Source: Camelus ferus
Lineage: Eukaryota
NCBI RefSeq assembly: GCF_009834535.1
Contig: NC_045696.1
Coordinates: forward strand, 112,904,001-112,968,000
DNA length: 64,000 nt
Direction: 5' to 3'
Shown in pieces: positions 1 to 11,898 of the stretch (positions within the stretch are counted from its first letter, which is position 1; each line of letters opens with the position of its first letter). The notes under the pieces were generated by a model. It did no database searches and had not been told where the DNA came from. It saw nothing but the letters and a program-made list of their open reading frames with translations. The translations under genes were made by a program, and so were the position numbers.

Positions 1-153
1 GGAATCTTAATAAATGAATTTCTAAATTTGATGGGATCACCATGAAAACTACAAAAAAGTTTAGGATTGGGAGGAGCAGGGCTTTAAAAATACTGGATGT
101 GCAAACTAGATATCTGATAGGGGGTTAGTAACAACTTAATAACAAAATACATA

Positions 154-872
154 CAGTTGACCCTTGAACGACATGGGTTTGTTGTGGGAGAATAGATTCC
201 TGCCTCTCGCAGGAAAGGATTCAAAAACAAGACATGATAAAGTGAAAGCAAGTTTATTTAGAGAGATACACACTTCATAGAGAGTGGGATCTGTCTCACT
301 CAGGAGGGAAAATGGCTTAGGAGACACACACTCCGTAGACAGGGTGCGGGCCATCTCAGAAGGCAAGAGAGAGTGACCACGAGGTGGGGAGTTGTTAGTT
401 TCTATAGGCTTGGTAATTTCATATGCTAATGAGCAGGAGGATTATTCCAACTACTTTGGGGAAGGGGGTGGGATTCCCAGGAATTGGGCCCCCACCCACT
501 TTTGGACCTTTTATGGTCAGCCTGGGAACTGTCCTGGCCCTGTGGCTGTGCCTTGAGGCTCAAGGTCAACTGGAAGTCAAATCTTCTGCCATCTTGGTTC
601 TGACCAGTCTGTCCTGTCCTCAGTTGCTGCGTCATTCCTTCAGTGGTTGTGCCCTGCCCCCTTTCCTCCCACTTCAGGTTTAAACTGCACAGGTCCACTT
701 ATACTCTGATTTTTTAAAAATAAATACGACGACAGTACTAACAATCCACGGTTGGCTGAATCTGAGGATACAGAACTGAGAATATGGAGGACCAACTGCA
801 CAATTCAACCCACATTTTCAGCTGTGAGGGAATCTGTGCCCCTAATCCCCTTATTGTTTCCAGGGTCAGCTG
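154..872. mobile_element. Tigger2-derived MITE (MER8-like), split by an LTR
   Basis: Terminal inverted repeats CAGTTGACCCTTGAAC (154) and GTTTCCAGGGTCAGCTG (ends 872), flanked by TA at 152-153 and 873-874. Confidence 0.8.
180..676 (-). mobile_element. Solo ERV1-class LTR (family A)
   Basis: TG...CA termini, 4-bp TSD GGTT (176-179 / 677-680), AATAAA on minus strand (~254-259), similarity to the LTR at 11019-11686. Confidence 0.85.
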
Positions 873-2789
873 TAACCTGATTGAAAAATGGGCAGAGTCT
901 GAATAGATATTTTTCCAAAGACCTACAAATGGCCAGCAAGTACATGAAAAGGTGGCCAACGTCACTAATCATCAGGAAAATACAAAGCAAAACCTCAATG
1001 AGATATTACCTCATACCTGTTAGGATAGCTGTTATCAAAAAGTCTAGAGATCACAAATGTTGGCAAGGATGCAGAAAAAAAGGGAACCCTTGTACGCTGC
1101 TGATGGGAATGTAAATTGGCAGAGCTACTATGAAAAACAATTTAGGGATTCCTCAAACAATTAAAGAAGAACTACCATGTGATTCAGCAATCCCACTCCC
1201 AGGTTTATTTCTGAAAGGAAAGACAATCAGCATCCTGAAGGGATCGCTGCACTCCCCTGTTCATTACGGCATTATTCACAATAGCCAAGATGTTGAAACA
1301 AACTAAGTGTCTGTGGATGGACAAAGGGATAGAGAAAATGTGAAATATACTTGTAATGGAATATTGTCCTGCCTTAAAAAGAAGAAAATCATGCATTTGT
1401 GACAACACGGATGAACCCAGAGGACATTGTGCTAAATAAGCCAGCAGGAGAAAAACAAATACCATATAATCCCACTTATATGTGGCAGGGAAAAGCCTCA
1501 TTCACAGAAACAGACTAGAATGGTGGTTACCAGGGGCTATGAGTGAGGGAGATGGGGAGATATTGGTCAGAGTACAAATCTTCAGCTATAAGATGAGTAA
1601 GTTCTGAGGCTCTAAGGTACAACACAGGGACTATAGTTAATGATACTACATTGCAAACTTGAAATTTGCTAAGAGAGTAAATCTTAAGCATCCTCATCAC
1701 AAAAAATAAAAAAGAAAGTATGTGAAGTGATGTGTGTGTTCATGAGATTGTGGTAAATGTTTCACAATGTATGTATATTTGCATAATATCATCACATTGT
1801 GCACCTTAAATATGTCATTTTTATTTATCAATATATTTTTAAAAGCTGAGAAAAAAGAAGTTAATTTTTTTAATTTTAAAAATAAAAATATTGGATTAAC
1901 TCTGACATTCATTTGGACAGGAATGAATATGTGAGAATAGCTAAGAGAAACCTGAAAAGACAGGAGTAATGAGAAAAGACAAGCACTGTCAGCATTTAAA
2001 AATCTTTAAAATCATAATATTTAAAGTGATAGTGGAGGGAACAGACACAGCAATGAAACAGAATCCAGAAATAGATCCAAATGAGTAAGGCGATTTTGTC
2101 TTTGATAAAGATGGAAATGTTAGCTAATGGAGTAAAGATGAATTATTTAATAAAAGGTATTTGAAAACAGACTGATGGTTGGAAAATTAACTTGATCACT
2201 GCTTAATTCCTTACAATAAAATTAATTCTAGAACAATAACAAATTTAATTTTTTTTAATAAGACTTTAAAATACCTAGAAGAAAGCAGATGAAAATCCAG
2301 AAGCCACACAGGCAAAGTTTGTTTTATTTGGTGAAAAAAAAACACAGAACACTTAATCATTTTTTCAGGCAAAAAGAAACCAGTAAACAAAGTCAAATGA
2401 CAAGTGACAAATGAGTGAAAGGATGTGTGTTTATAATACATTCAACAAAGTACTAATTCTAAATAGGTTTGACAAAGTGTCATTTTGATGGAAAAACATG
2501 GTATCTGTTTTAACCCTCAGTTCTGTAATTATGAGTGAAACTGAGTTTCTTTCCACGTGTTTATTGGCCATTTATATTTTTGACCTGCTCTTATCATTTG
2601 CCCACTTGATAAAGTATATTTTCATTGCTGTGTAGGAGCTCTTTAATTATTAGCAATACTATTGGTCTACTGGATACATTTCGTTGCTTTTCTTTTGTAT
2701 TAGTTTATAACAGTACAGAATTATAAATTCTATCAAATCTACAATCACTTTCTTCATGGAGTCTAGATTTCATACCTGTTTAAAAAGGC

Positions 2790-2985
2790 ATCTTTTATAT
2801 ACAGAATATAGGCAACAAGTTCATACTGTATAGCAGAGGAAACTATATTCAATATCTTGTAGTAACTTATGGTGAAAAAGGATATGGAAATGAATATGTG
2901 TGTGTTTATATATGACTGAAGGTTTGTGCTGTACACCAGAAACTGACACAACATTGTAAACTGACTATACTTCAATAAATAAATG
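2790..2985 (+). mobile_element. Short 5'-truncated L1 3' end
   Basis: Shares GCTGTACACCAGAAA.TGACAC...TTGTAA.CTGACT.TACTTCAAT with copies at ~26.7, 42.2 and 45.7 kb. Confidence 0.8.
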
Positions 2986-3979
2986 TGTGTATATATATAT
3001 TCTTATTTTTCAAAATATTCTTGTCTATTCTCACAAAGTTTGTCCTTGTCTTGTGTCTGTGTGTTTGTTTTTGGCAGTTTGACAAGATCTTCCAAAATTC
3101 CATTGGAGTTCCATTGGAATATCATTGGATTTGAGAGACTGAGCAGATGATACTGGTCTTCCGAACTAGGAGCATGGTTTGCCTGTGTGTTTATTCAGAT
3201 CTCTACACCTCTCTGTAATGTCATAGTTGCTTTTTTCCCCCCAGAAAGTTCTTGTACCTTATATTGAGCCTTAGATATTTGGTGCTTTCTGTGGTCAATG
3301 TGACTAGGCTGATTTTCACTTTCATTTTCACTTATTACAAGTATAGGAGGAGACCACTGATTTTGGCTATTCAGCTTATACCTCTTACGTGAACTGTCTA
3401 TTGGTTTTAATAAATTATCCAACCACTGTTGTATCCAGTATATTACAACAATTAACCACTTGTACGGAAATATTTGTAACATCTCTGTGTCCTCCCCAGA
3501 CAATGTCTGATTTGCCTTTGTGTGGGTAAAAGACAGAGGTGCTTAATAACTATTTATTCGTTTAATGAGTGGTGATTCCTGAACACATACCCCAATCCAG
3601 ACCTTAAGCTACAAGTTGAATTTTCAACTGCTTGCTGGACGCCTTCATGCTGGTTTTCCTCTGACACCTCACCGTCAACAGCTCTTACTAGAAATCTCAA
3701 CATCCTCTTTTCTTCCCTCTTTCTACCTCCTCTCTCACATCCAATCATTTACAAAGTCTTAAAAATTCTACTTCTGCAGTGTTTTCACCTCATTTTCATA
3801 TAAATTGCTATCAAACTTATCTTGCTAAAGAACAATGGCTCCTCCTATTCAAAAACCTTCAGGGGTCGGTTCCCTACTGCATGGACAGTAAGATCTAAAC
3901 CTAGCCTGGCATTCGAGATCCTCCCCAGCTGTTTCCATCCACTTTCCAACTCAATTCACCCCAGCTCTGACTGCCTATA

Positions 3980-4385
3980 AGCAGTGGCTGAGACAGGGCT
4001 TCAGGCAGATGCATCTTACTTGGGGAGGATAAAGGAATCAAGGAAAGTAGGAAGGTGAAGGGAAGGAAGCAAGCAAGCATGTGGTCCTAGCTGGAGTCTA
4101 GCCTCAACCTGATCTCCAGGTTGCTCTGGACAGGAAGTTCACCATTAGTCCCACCTTGAGGCAGAAGGGGTTGCTCTTTTGTACTTGATGCCAGTCAGTC
4201 ACTGTCTGTGGACTGAAGATGGGGCAAGGGGAGTATATAAGTTCTCTGTTGAGGTGGTTTCCGTCACCTGAGGACAGTTTTCTGGAAGGGGGCAGAGCTG
4301 TGATCTCATTATAGCTGAGACAGGGATGACCTTCAAAGGGGCTCTGGGCAGGGCAGCAACAGTATCTCTCATTGGCTCCAATCAC
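3980..4385. mobile_element. MaLR (MLT1-type) LTR remnant within L2 fragments
   Basis: Similar to the copy at 24870-25260 (GTGGTC...GGAG.CT.GC.T.A.CCT); recalled MLT1 motifs. Confidence 0.55.
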
Positions 4386-5874
4386 TCAAGAATATTGATG
4401 TTTCTTATAAATGCCTGGCACATCCTTCATTCCGTACCTTCCCTGGAATAGCCTTTCTACCTTGTCCAACTCTCCAAGACCTACTCAACCTGCAATATAT
4501 TCCAAACCCTTTCCCATCTGTGAAAGCTGCCTGGCTCCTCAATTCAGAATTCATTAGCCCTGTGTCTCCTGTGGGAGCTTCTTTGTGCCTCTCCCATAGC
4601 ATTTCTTTCGTGTGCTTTTTACTATAGTTCAATGTTCATAATTTTTTTCTCCCAAGTCAAGGTGGAAGTCATTCATTTTATTCTGCTGGTTGTAATAAAT
4701 AATTAGAAGCATCTGTTTCCTCCAAAGTTGACAAACACTTTCAGTCTTCGTCATCTTTTTTCATCCCGTTAGTAACTAGCATGAAACCAAATACATGTTG
4801 CATTGAGTTGAATCAAGAATGATGTCAAAAAAACTAAAAGCAACTTTTTTTTCTAACTGGCCCACCTGGCTTGGAAATAAAGAGACTGATTTCTTGTTTA
4901 CTGCCTTGCTTTTCATTCTCTTCCTCTCCTTTCTTTTGTGATTCTACTGACCCTTCAGCATAAACATTTTATTCACTGTCTAGGTTTTTTTTTTTAATGT
5001 ACTAATAAATACCATAATTCAATTGACTACCTTCTGTTATAATTCAATCTTATACACCTTTTAATGGTGATAATTGAGAAATCAAAGGTTTTGTGTTCTG
5101 TTTTTAGCGTTTCTCCATCAATTTCCTTTATAATGTTGAGATCACTTTATCGCTCACAAATTTGCTTGAAAAGCAGTGTCTTTTCAAGGACCTCATACAT
5201 TAGGCATTTGACACTGGCTTTTGATATAGATACAAAACTTGAATTTTCATATAAAGAGTAGACTCATTTATAAAAGAAACAATTAGTGCCATTATATCTA
5301 ACATGCTCATTCTCCAGACAAGGATGTGGAGATTCAGAGGTTATGATCAAGTTTCACAATAGCTTAAAATCCTTTAAAAGCTTTCCAAAGCCATAGGACA
5401 AAGCACAAACTTCTCAGTGTGCCTGCCAAGGCCCTCTAGGACTTGGTCTCTGCTTTATCGCATGAAAGAACTCCAGCCATGAAACACCATTGCCAAACTC
5501 AGTGTGTGCTCTGAGCCTCTCCCTGAGTCTTTAAAGTACTCTGCTTCCAATATCTTGGAGCACCTGCCAGCCCTCTCACATCCTAGCTCATGGACCAGTT
5601 ACCTCCTACCGATCCTTCAGGTCTTCAACTAGATAGGAATTGCTCTGAGCCACCCTCCCTGGTCCCCGGGGTCATTCAGGTGCCCCTACTTCCGAGGATG
5701 CTTAAGGTCTTCTCTGCTTGTACACATCATGCTGAATTATAATGCCCGTACCTTGGTCTGTAACTTAAGATGGCCTCTCGCTCACCCAGCATCAACATCC
5801 TCCTTACTTTGTTTTATTGGTTTTTTTCATAAAATTTATTACTTTCTAGCATGCCGTAGAATTTACTCAGTGTT

Positions 5875-6950
5875 CACTCCTGGCCATGATAGAGTAACTG
5901 GTATTGAATTAGCACTACTGACATAAAATGGAAAAAAAAAAAATCTATGAAATGAATAGATTCGGATTCCAGACAATAGACAGCACAGGGTTAGCGTCCC
6001 CGGGAGAGGGAGAATTCCCAAGTGAGCCCCACAGTAGCCCTGACTTTCTGCCAGGGAGTCACTGTCCAGGCTGGTGTACAGGGAGGTGCAGTCCCAGCAG
6101 AGCTGGGAGGTCCTGCTGAACTGAGAGAGAGATTAGACTTCAGGGCTGCCGAGAGGACTTGAGTTTGCACGGCAAGGTATTGGAGAAGAGGGAAGCTGTG
6201 CAGAGAAGGAGCTCCAGAAAGTTCCAGGAAATCCCATTAGTCATTAACTGGGTACGAGGCTGTGCACGTGAGGACAAAACTCCACAAAGAGTGGAAGAAA
6301 CAAGCGGCAGAGCAATGAGCTGAACACAGATTCTAGAGCAGGACAGAGCTGGGAGTCCTGGGACTTCCCACCAGCCAGTGACTTGCGAGAAGGTACCAGG
6401 CAGGCTTGTATATTCACAAGTAGGTTTGCAGAAGGAGGGGAGGGATAGGGACAAAAAAATTTTTTTTTGGAAAAAATAATGGCTGAGAAAAAAAATTACA
6501 AAACCATTGATCCAAAAAGCTCAATTAATCCTGAGCAATATTTTTAAAAAGAAGAAGAAACAAAGAAGAAGAAACACTATACCTAGGCACTTTCTACTCC
6601 AGTGTCCAAACCAATGCAAGAAGAAGCATCTAAAAGGAGCCAAACAGGTGGGGGGAGAGACTCGTTTCCAACAATGGTAAGAATTGCCAGTGACTTCTCC
6701 CCAGAAACCCTGCAAGCCAGAAGACAATGCTACAACATCAACAAAGTGCTGAAAGGAAAAAGCTGTCACCCGTGAATCATCTATCTAGCAAAAATATCCC
6801 TCCAAAAAATGAAAGCAGACTAAAAATATTTCAAGATGAACAGATGCTGAGAGCATTTACCACCATCAGATTTGCTCTAGAAGAAATGTTAAGAGAAGAG
6901 ATTCAGGCTGTAGGAAAGTGATAGTCTGTGGAAACTCAGATCCGCAGACA
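5875..6950 (+). mobile_element. Old L1 5' region with ORF1 C-terminal remnant
   Basis: ORF 6727-6921 (KNESRLKIFQDEQMLRAFTTIRFALEEML) resembles the L1 ORF1p C-terminus. Confidence 0.75.
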
Positions 6951-7029
6951 GGAGTGAAGAGCACTGGAGATGGGAGTAACGTGAGGACCCAGAGGAGCAG
7001 AGCCCAGAATGTGAACTTGGAGGCGGAGC

Positions 7030-7850
7030 GTAAGAAAAGAGAGAAATGGCTGCTTCCAGGACTGGGCGGGAGATACAATAGATGAACTTGGAACTTTTGT
7101 TATACCAAAACAGAAGGACATGCTCAAAGAAAGATGGGGACATGTCAGAAGGTCCCAGAAGCCAACCAGAAAATCAACAAAATCATTTTAAGCAGGAAAA
7201 TGAATAAAGACAATCATTGATTATATCCTATTGATGACATTGTGAAACTATGAGTCAGTACTGATATAAAGAAAAGAATGAATGAATTCAGAGTTTATGA
7301 GGAGCTGGACATCTGCTTAGTGCCAAAGTGAATCCCCATAACATGCTTCTCAGTCATGAAGGAGAGAAAGTAACCTCACAGCAGCCTGGCAGACACCCTC
7401 GTAACCAGGTAACCAACATGAACATCATCAGTCAGGGACAAACTGAACCCGTGTGCTACCTGATATAAAACAGTAAGAACGCAGCATCACCTCTGTGGTA
7501 TTCTTGCCAATGATGCATAATCTGAACTGCAAGGGGAAACATCAGGAGAAAAAAAATCAAAGAGAAATTTTACAAAATAATGGCCTTTAATCTTCAAGTG
7601 TCAAGGCTATAGAAATTAAGGAAAGACTAAGGAACTGCTCCAGACTAAAGAGACATAAAAACTAAATGCAACAGGTGATGCTGAACTGGACCCTTTAGCT
7701 CTATACAATGGATGCTATTGGGACAATTAGCAAAACTTGATGGAGTTTTGAAGATTAGGTGGCAATAATAAATCAATGTTAATTTCCTGATTTTGATGGT
7801 GGTATTGTAAGTGTGTTGGAGAATGCCCTGGTTTATAGGAAATGTGCACT
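7030..7850 (+). mobile_element. L1MC/MD-type 3' UTR fragment
   Basis: Motifs AAATGGCTG.TTCCAGG.CTGGG and CAGCATCACCTCTGTGGTATTCTTGCCAA recalled from L1MC/MD 3' ends. Confidence 0.6.
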
Positions 7851-7854
7851 GATG

Positions 7855-7970
7855 GAAAGTGTAACTGGACTAAACACTCCGGAAGGCAGAAATTGTCAGA
7901 CCAGATTAAAAAAAATCAAGATCCTACTCTATACTGTGTACAAGAAACACACTTTAAATATAGAGAAAGC
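7855..7970 (+). mobile_element. L1 ORF2 endonuclease N-terminal remnant
   Basis: Translation RQKLSDQIKKNQDPTLYCVQETHF resembles L1 EN (WIKKQDPTICCLQETH). Confidence 0.8.
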
Positions 7971-8869
7971 CTTCAAATATTGTATTCATTGTTTTCCCCC
8001 CGGGAGAATGTAGACCCCTACAAAGACTGGGATTTTGGCACATGGTAGCCACTTTTAAAATGTTTGTTGAGTGAATAATTAAGTACTTCTCTTAGACCAT
8101 AACTTGAGGACAAAGCCCGTTTCCTGCATCACTGTTTCCCTATGGCCTGGCAGATAGAAAGCACTCAGTAAACATTGGTATAATGACTATAAGAATGAAG
8201 AACTAAGCCATCTGCCTTGCCACTATGGAATGAGGCTAAACTCACATGAAATTTCTTGCTGTCTTTTAAAAAGAAATTAAAACAAATAAAAAATTAAGCC
8301 ATTGTCTGATAAAAAATTGTATGCCTGCTGAACTGTGAAGACATACATTTTACTAAGTTATCTATTATCTGCTCCCACCCCTACAAAAAAAAATTATAAG
8401 TGGAGACATTTTAACAGGGTTTTTATTTCTACTGGAGTAGATATCCGAGGTATTGATTACCAGATGGTTATGATAATGGCCATGAAACTTCATTACCACT
8501 AAAAATGCTGGGCCCAGCAAAACCTTGCTTACAGAGGTTTTAGTTTCCTATAAGATATACTGATAACATGAATTAAAATATCTTCTTAAGTGTACCCTGC
8601 CCTGATTTTATTTTGCCTGTACTTTCATGCATGAGAAAAGAGAATTCACTTTCCCACTGCAATCCAATATATATTAAACCATTTTTTTTTCCGTAAAAAA
8701 AAAACAAAATGAGAAGCAATCTCAATGTCTTTAGAAAGAAATCTTTGTTTGACTGGCTCTGTATTTTGCACCTACAAAGGAAATGTTTGGTTCAAAAGTG
8801 CCTCTCCCATACTCATAATTATTAACCTTTTCTTTCTTAAAACACTAATGTAACATTATAGAGATTAAC

Positions 8870-9200
8870 ATTTTTAACTTTTTTAATAGGCTTTATTACA
8901 CACATACCAAGAAGTATACAAATCATAAGTATAGAGATCAATGAATTATCACAAAATGAACAATGACAATAATTGTGTAACCAGGACCCAGATCAAGAAA
9001 GAGAACGTTAGCAACATCCCAAAGTCCACCTGGTCTACCTTTCCAACGACTATGCTTTCCTCTCTCCCCAAAGATACTCCCTCTTTGGACTTCAAACAGT
9101 ATAGATAAACTCTATCCTGTCTTTGTATTTTATGTAAATAATATCATGCAATGTGTACACTTGTGATATCTGGCTTCTTTCTCTCAACATTCTATTTTAT
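8870..9200 (-). mobile_element. L1ME-type 3' end fragment
   Basis: GTGTAACCAGGACCCAGATCAAGAAA...TGGCTTCTTTCTCTCAACAT motifs typical of antisense L1ME. Confidence 0.6.
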
Positions 9201-10849
9201 AGAGATTAACTTTTTATCTTAAATTGAAATCATTATTGTAATGTGTGTGACATAATGTAATCAGATCTTACCCTTGAATGCATTCTCTTTACAAATAGTA
9301 TAAATTACAGCAAAATATGATTTTGCCAATTGTTACAAAGTCACTAAAGTAGTCAGATATGGAGAATAAGAGCAGTTAAATCAGACTGTAATGAAAGAAT
9401 TCAAACTGGTGCTCAGCTAAGTGGTCTGCGACACATTGTTGAGACTTTGTTTCCATTGTGAACCCTTCTACCTAAAAATTATTGCAGACACATCCAATGA
9501 TATTTTTTCGAGGCTTTGTATACTTCATTGCTCTTTGGTGTTAGATGTGAAGCTGGTTATGTGCGGCAAGAGCTGTGCATCTGTGCGTCACTCAAGTAAC
9601 ATCTACGCTCTTTAGTCCTTCCCTTTCATTAGGCAGTCACTGATACCACCGAGTTTCACAGATCGCAGGTTTTGCCTAAAGCTACAGTCAGCTCTCTCAC
9701 CCAGTAATTGGATAGACGGATTTGGCTCAGCTCAGCAAGTCTGTACTTCTGTATGCAAAAGAAGCTCTGAATTGAAATGCAGCAGCCTTGCCAGGTCAGA
9801 TAAACAGAACTCCATGGGGAAGTTTAGAAAATTGCCTTAAAGAACAATTTTGGTTCCACTTCTACATCTTTACCAATTGAATTTCATAGTTTACGAATTC
9901 ATATGCATCATTATCCATTAAACAAATAATCCAAAAGGCTGACTTTGTTTAAAAGGATTTCTAAATTTTAAATTTCAAAATGTTGGCTTGATTAAAAGTA
10001 GATGTTTCTTAACTTTCTGCATCCAGGTACGTACAAACTTGAAGCTGCTTTTCAGATCATGATTTTTGGTTTGTTTCCGGAGAAAGCATTGCCTACAAAA
10101 GAGAAATTATGTGGACACTATTAGCTGCTATTTAATTTCAGAAAGTCTCAAATCTAAAATTAATGTGCTCATGGCACATTTGCTCTATAATGAAACAAAT
10201 CTGGAGTGTTCCAAGTAAAACATTTATGTTCGGTGTAGGTGAGCTTATGACACCCTGAAAATGACCATTTATTCACTTCATAATTTTACTGCTGTATTGG
10301 CTTTCCTATAAGGCTCTGTTAGGCTGCCTTAATGAGGAAAATTTCAAGTTGCAAAATAAACTCTTGTCATGTGAAACTTTCCATTTTCTAGCCCCTAGGG
10401 CAGCTGAAGGAGCGAAAATGTGCCCTGATACCCTTTCCTTCCTTTTGCGTTAGGTGGTTCCAGCTAGCGTTACTGATACTGAAATTTAAATACAATTGCT
10501 ACCTTAGCAAGCCAGCCAGTCTGTTAGAAGTTGCTTTCTGTTACTCTGCTGGCTCCAGAAAGGGGCTAGTGTTTCTCACAGAGTCAAGCATTGCTAGAAA
10601 CAGAAAGCTTTTGAAAATGGAGATTTTAAAACAGATTTAAGGTGATTTAATCACCTCCCTCCAATTCTTCCACCAGCCTTGCTCCTGGCAGCATCTCCAG
10701 AGGGAGGCTTGTTGAAGGAGGAAGAGGTAACAGTTCTTTGCAAAAGTGGGGTAAGTATTTTTAATCTTCTGCCTCCACTTCCCTGTCCATGACAATTCTT
10801 TAGCTTGGAGAAGAATCCTGACCTTCCAGACAAGCACCATTTAAAGTAT

Positions 10850-11018
10850 GAATCCTGGTTTTCCATTTGTTGTACAGCTTTATCCAAATTCTTTAATCTT
10901 TCCAAGGCCACAGTTTCATCATCTGTAAAATGGGAATACTGCTTCCTACTTCATAGGGCTGTTGTGAGAATTAAGTGAAAAAATGTATACAAAACCCTTA
11001 GCACATAAGAAGCACTAA
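10850..11018 (+). mobile_element. MIR SINE, interrupted near its 3' end by an LTR
   Basis: MIR core CAGTTTCATCATCTGTAAAATGGG...GTTGTGAGAATTAAGTGA; tail resumes at ~11690 (ATTAGCTATTA). Confidence 0.75.
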
Positions 11019-11686
11019 TGAGACAAGAGTGAAGGGGGCAAGACACAGCCATTCAAAGAAGGACACAGCAATTAACACCAAGATGGTGGGAGATTCAACT
11101 CCCAATGGGCTCTGAGGCCCAAGATGGAGGAGACTTGACTTCCAGTCAACCTTGAGCTTCATTATATGCTCATCATGATATATGATTAGCATGGTAAATG
11201 ACACTCCCACCGGTGCCATGACAGTTCCTAGGCTGACTATAGAAGGTCAAAAAGTGGGCGGTGGCGCAACTCCTGGGAGTTCCTGCCCCTTCCCCAGCGT
11301 AGTTGGAATAGGCCTCCCACTTGCTGGCATATAAAGGTCCCGAGCCCATAAAAACTAACAACCCCCACACCTCATGGCCGCTCTCCCTTCTCCCCCACAC
11401 CATACGGCCCCCACTCTGTCTGTGGAGGGTGTATCTACTTTTATCTTAAACTGAGCACCCAACCCCCACATCTCTGGCCTTTCTCTTGCCTTCTGAAACA
11501 GCCTGCACTCTGCCTACGGAGTATGCATCTCTCTGAATAAATCTACCTTTACTCAACTGTGGCTCGCTCTTGACCTCTTTCCTGTGTGAAGCCACGGACC
11601 CACACTTGGTGGGGCACATCCCAGGGGCTCAACCAAGACCTGGGACACAGCTATCCTCTCGCCCCACATTTTTTCTTCCTGCATCA
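11019..11686 (+). mobile_element. Solo ERV1-class LTR (family A)
   Basis: TG...CA termini, near-TSD CTAA/CTAC, TATA-like CATATAAA ~11328, AATAAA ~11536, homology to 180-676. Confidence 0.85.
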
Positions 11687-11724
11687 CTACTTCATATTAG
11701 CTATTACAACTGCAACATTTGGAA

Positions 11725-11898
11725 AAACAGGGTGGTATAGCCCAGGCTTTCCTGCCCACTGCAAATCCACATCCTCCTCTCCTCCATACAGCTAGGCTGT
11801 GTACCTGAGGCTTCTCACAGGAAGTGGGGGTCACATGGCTGAGTTTTAACAAAAATGTTAACAAAAGCTCTGTGTGCCATTTTCAGCTTAAAGCTTTA
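11725..11898 (+). mobile_element. MLT1 (MaLR) LTR, 5' part; continues at ~17617-17845
   Basis: GGGGTCACATGGCTGAGTT...TGTGTGCCATTTTCAG and, after the ERV, GAAGCCACAGGAAGGGAGAAGCCAGGGTCCC motifs. Confidence 0.6.

Larger units (their letters stand above)
100..1858 (+). mobile_element. L1 3' portion (ORF2 C-terminal remnant plus 3' UTR, L1MA/MB-like), interrupted at 154-872
   Basis: ORF 881-1114 (LNRYFSKDLQMASKYMKRWPTSLIIRKIQSKTSMRYYLIPVR...KCWQGC) resembles the L1 ORF2 C-terminus; L1-type 3' UTR follows; L1-like TATCTGATAGGGG at ~111; boundaries approximate. Confidence 0.85.

Noticed and set aside
4670..5210. Possible minus-strand terminal exon (coding-looking purine-rich text and AATAAA near 4677-4682)
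   Set aside because: In-frame stops, no polypyrimidine acceptor, no recognisable protein similarity
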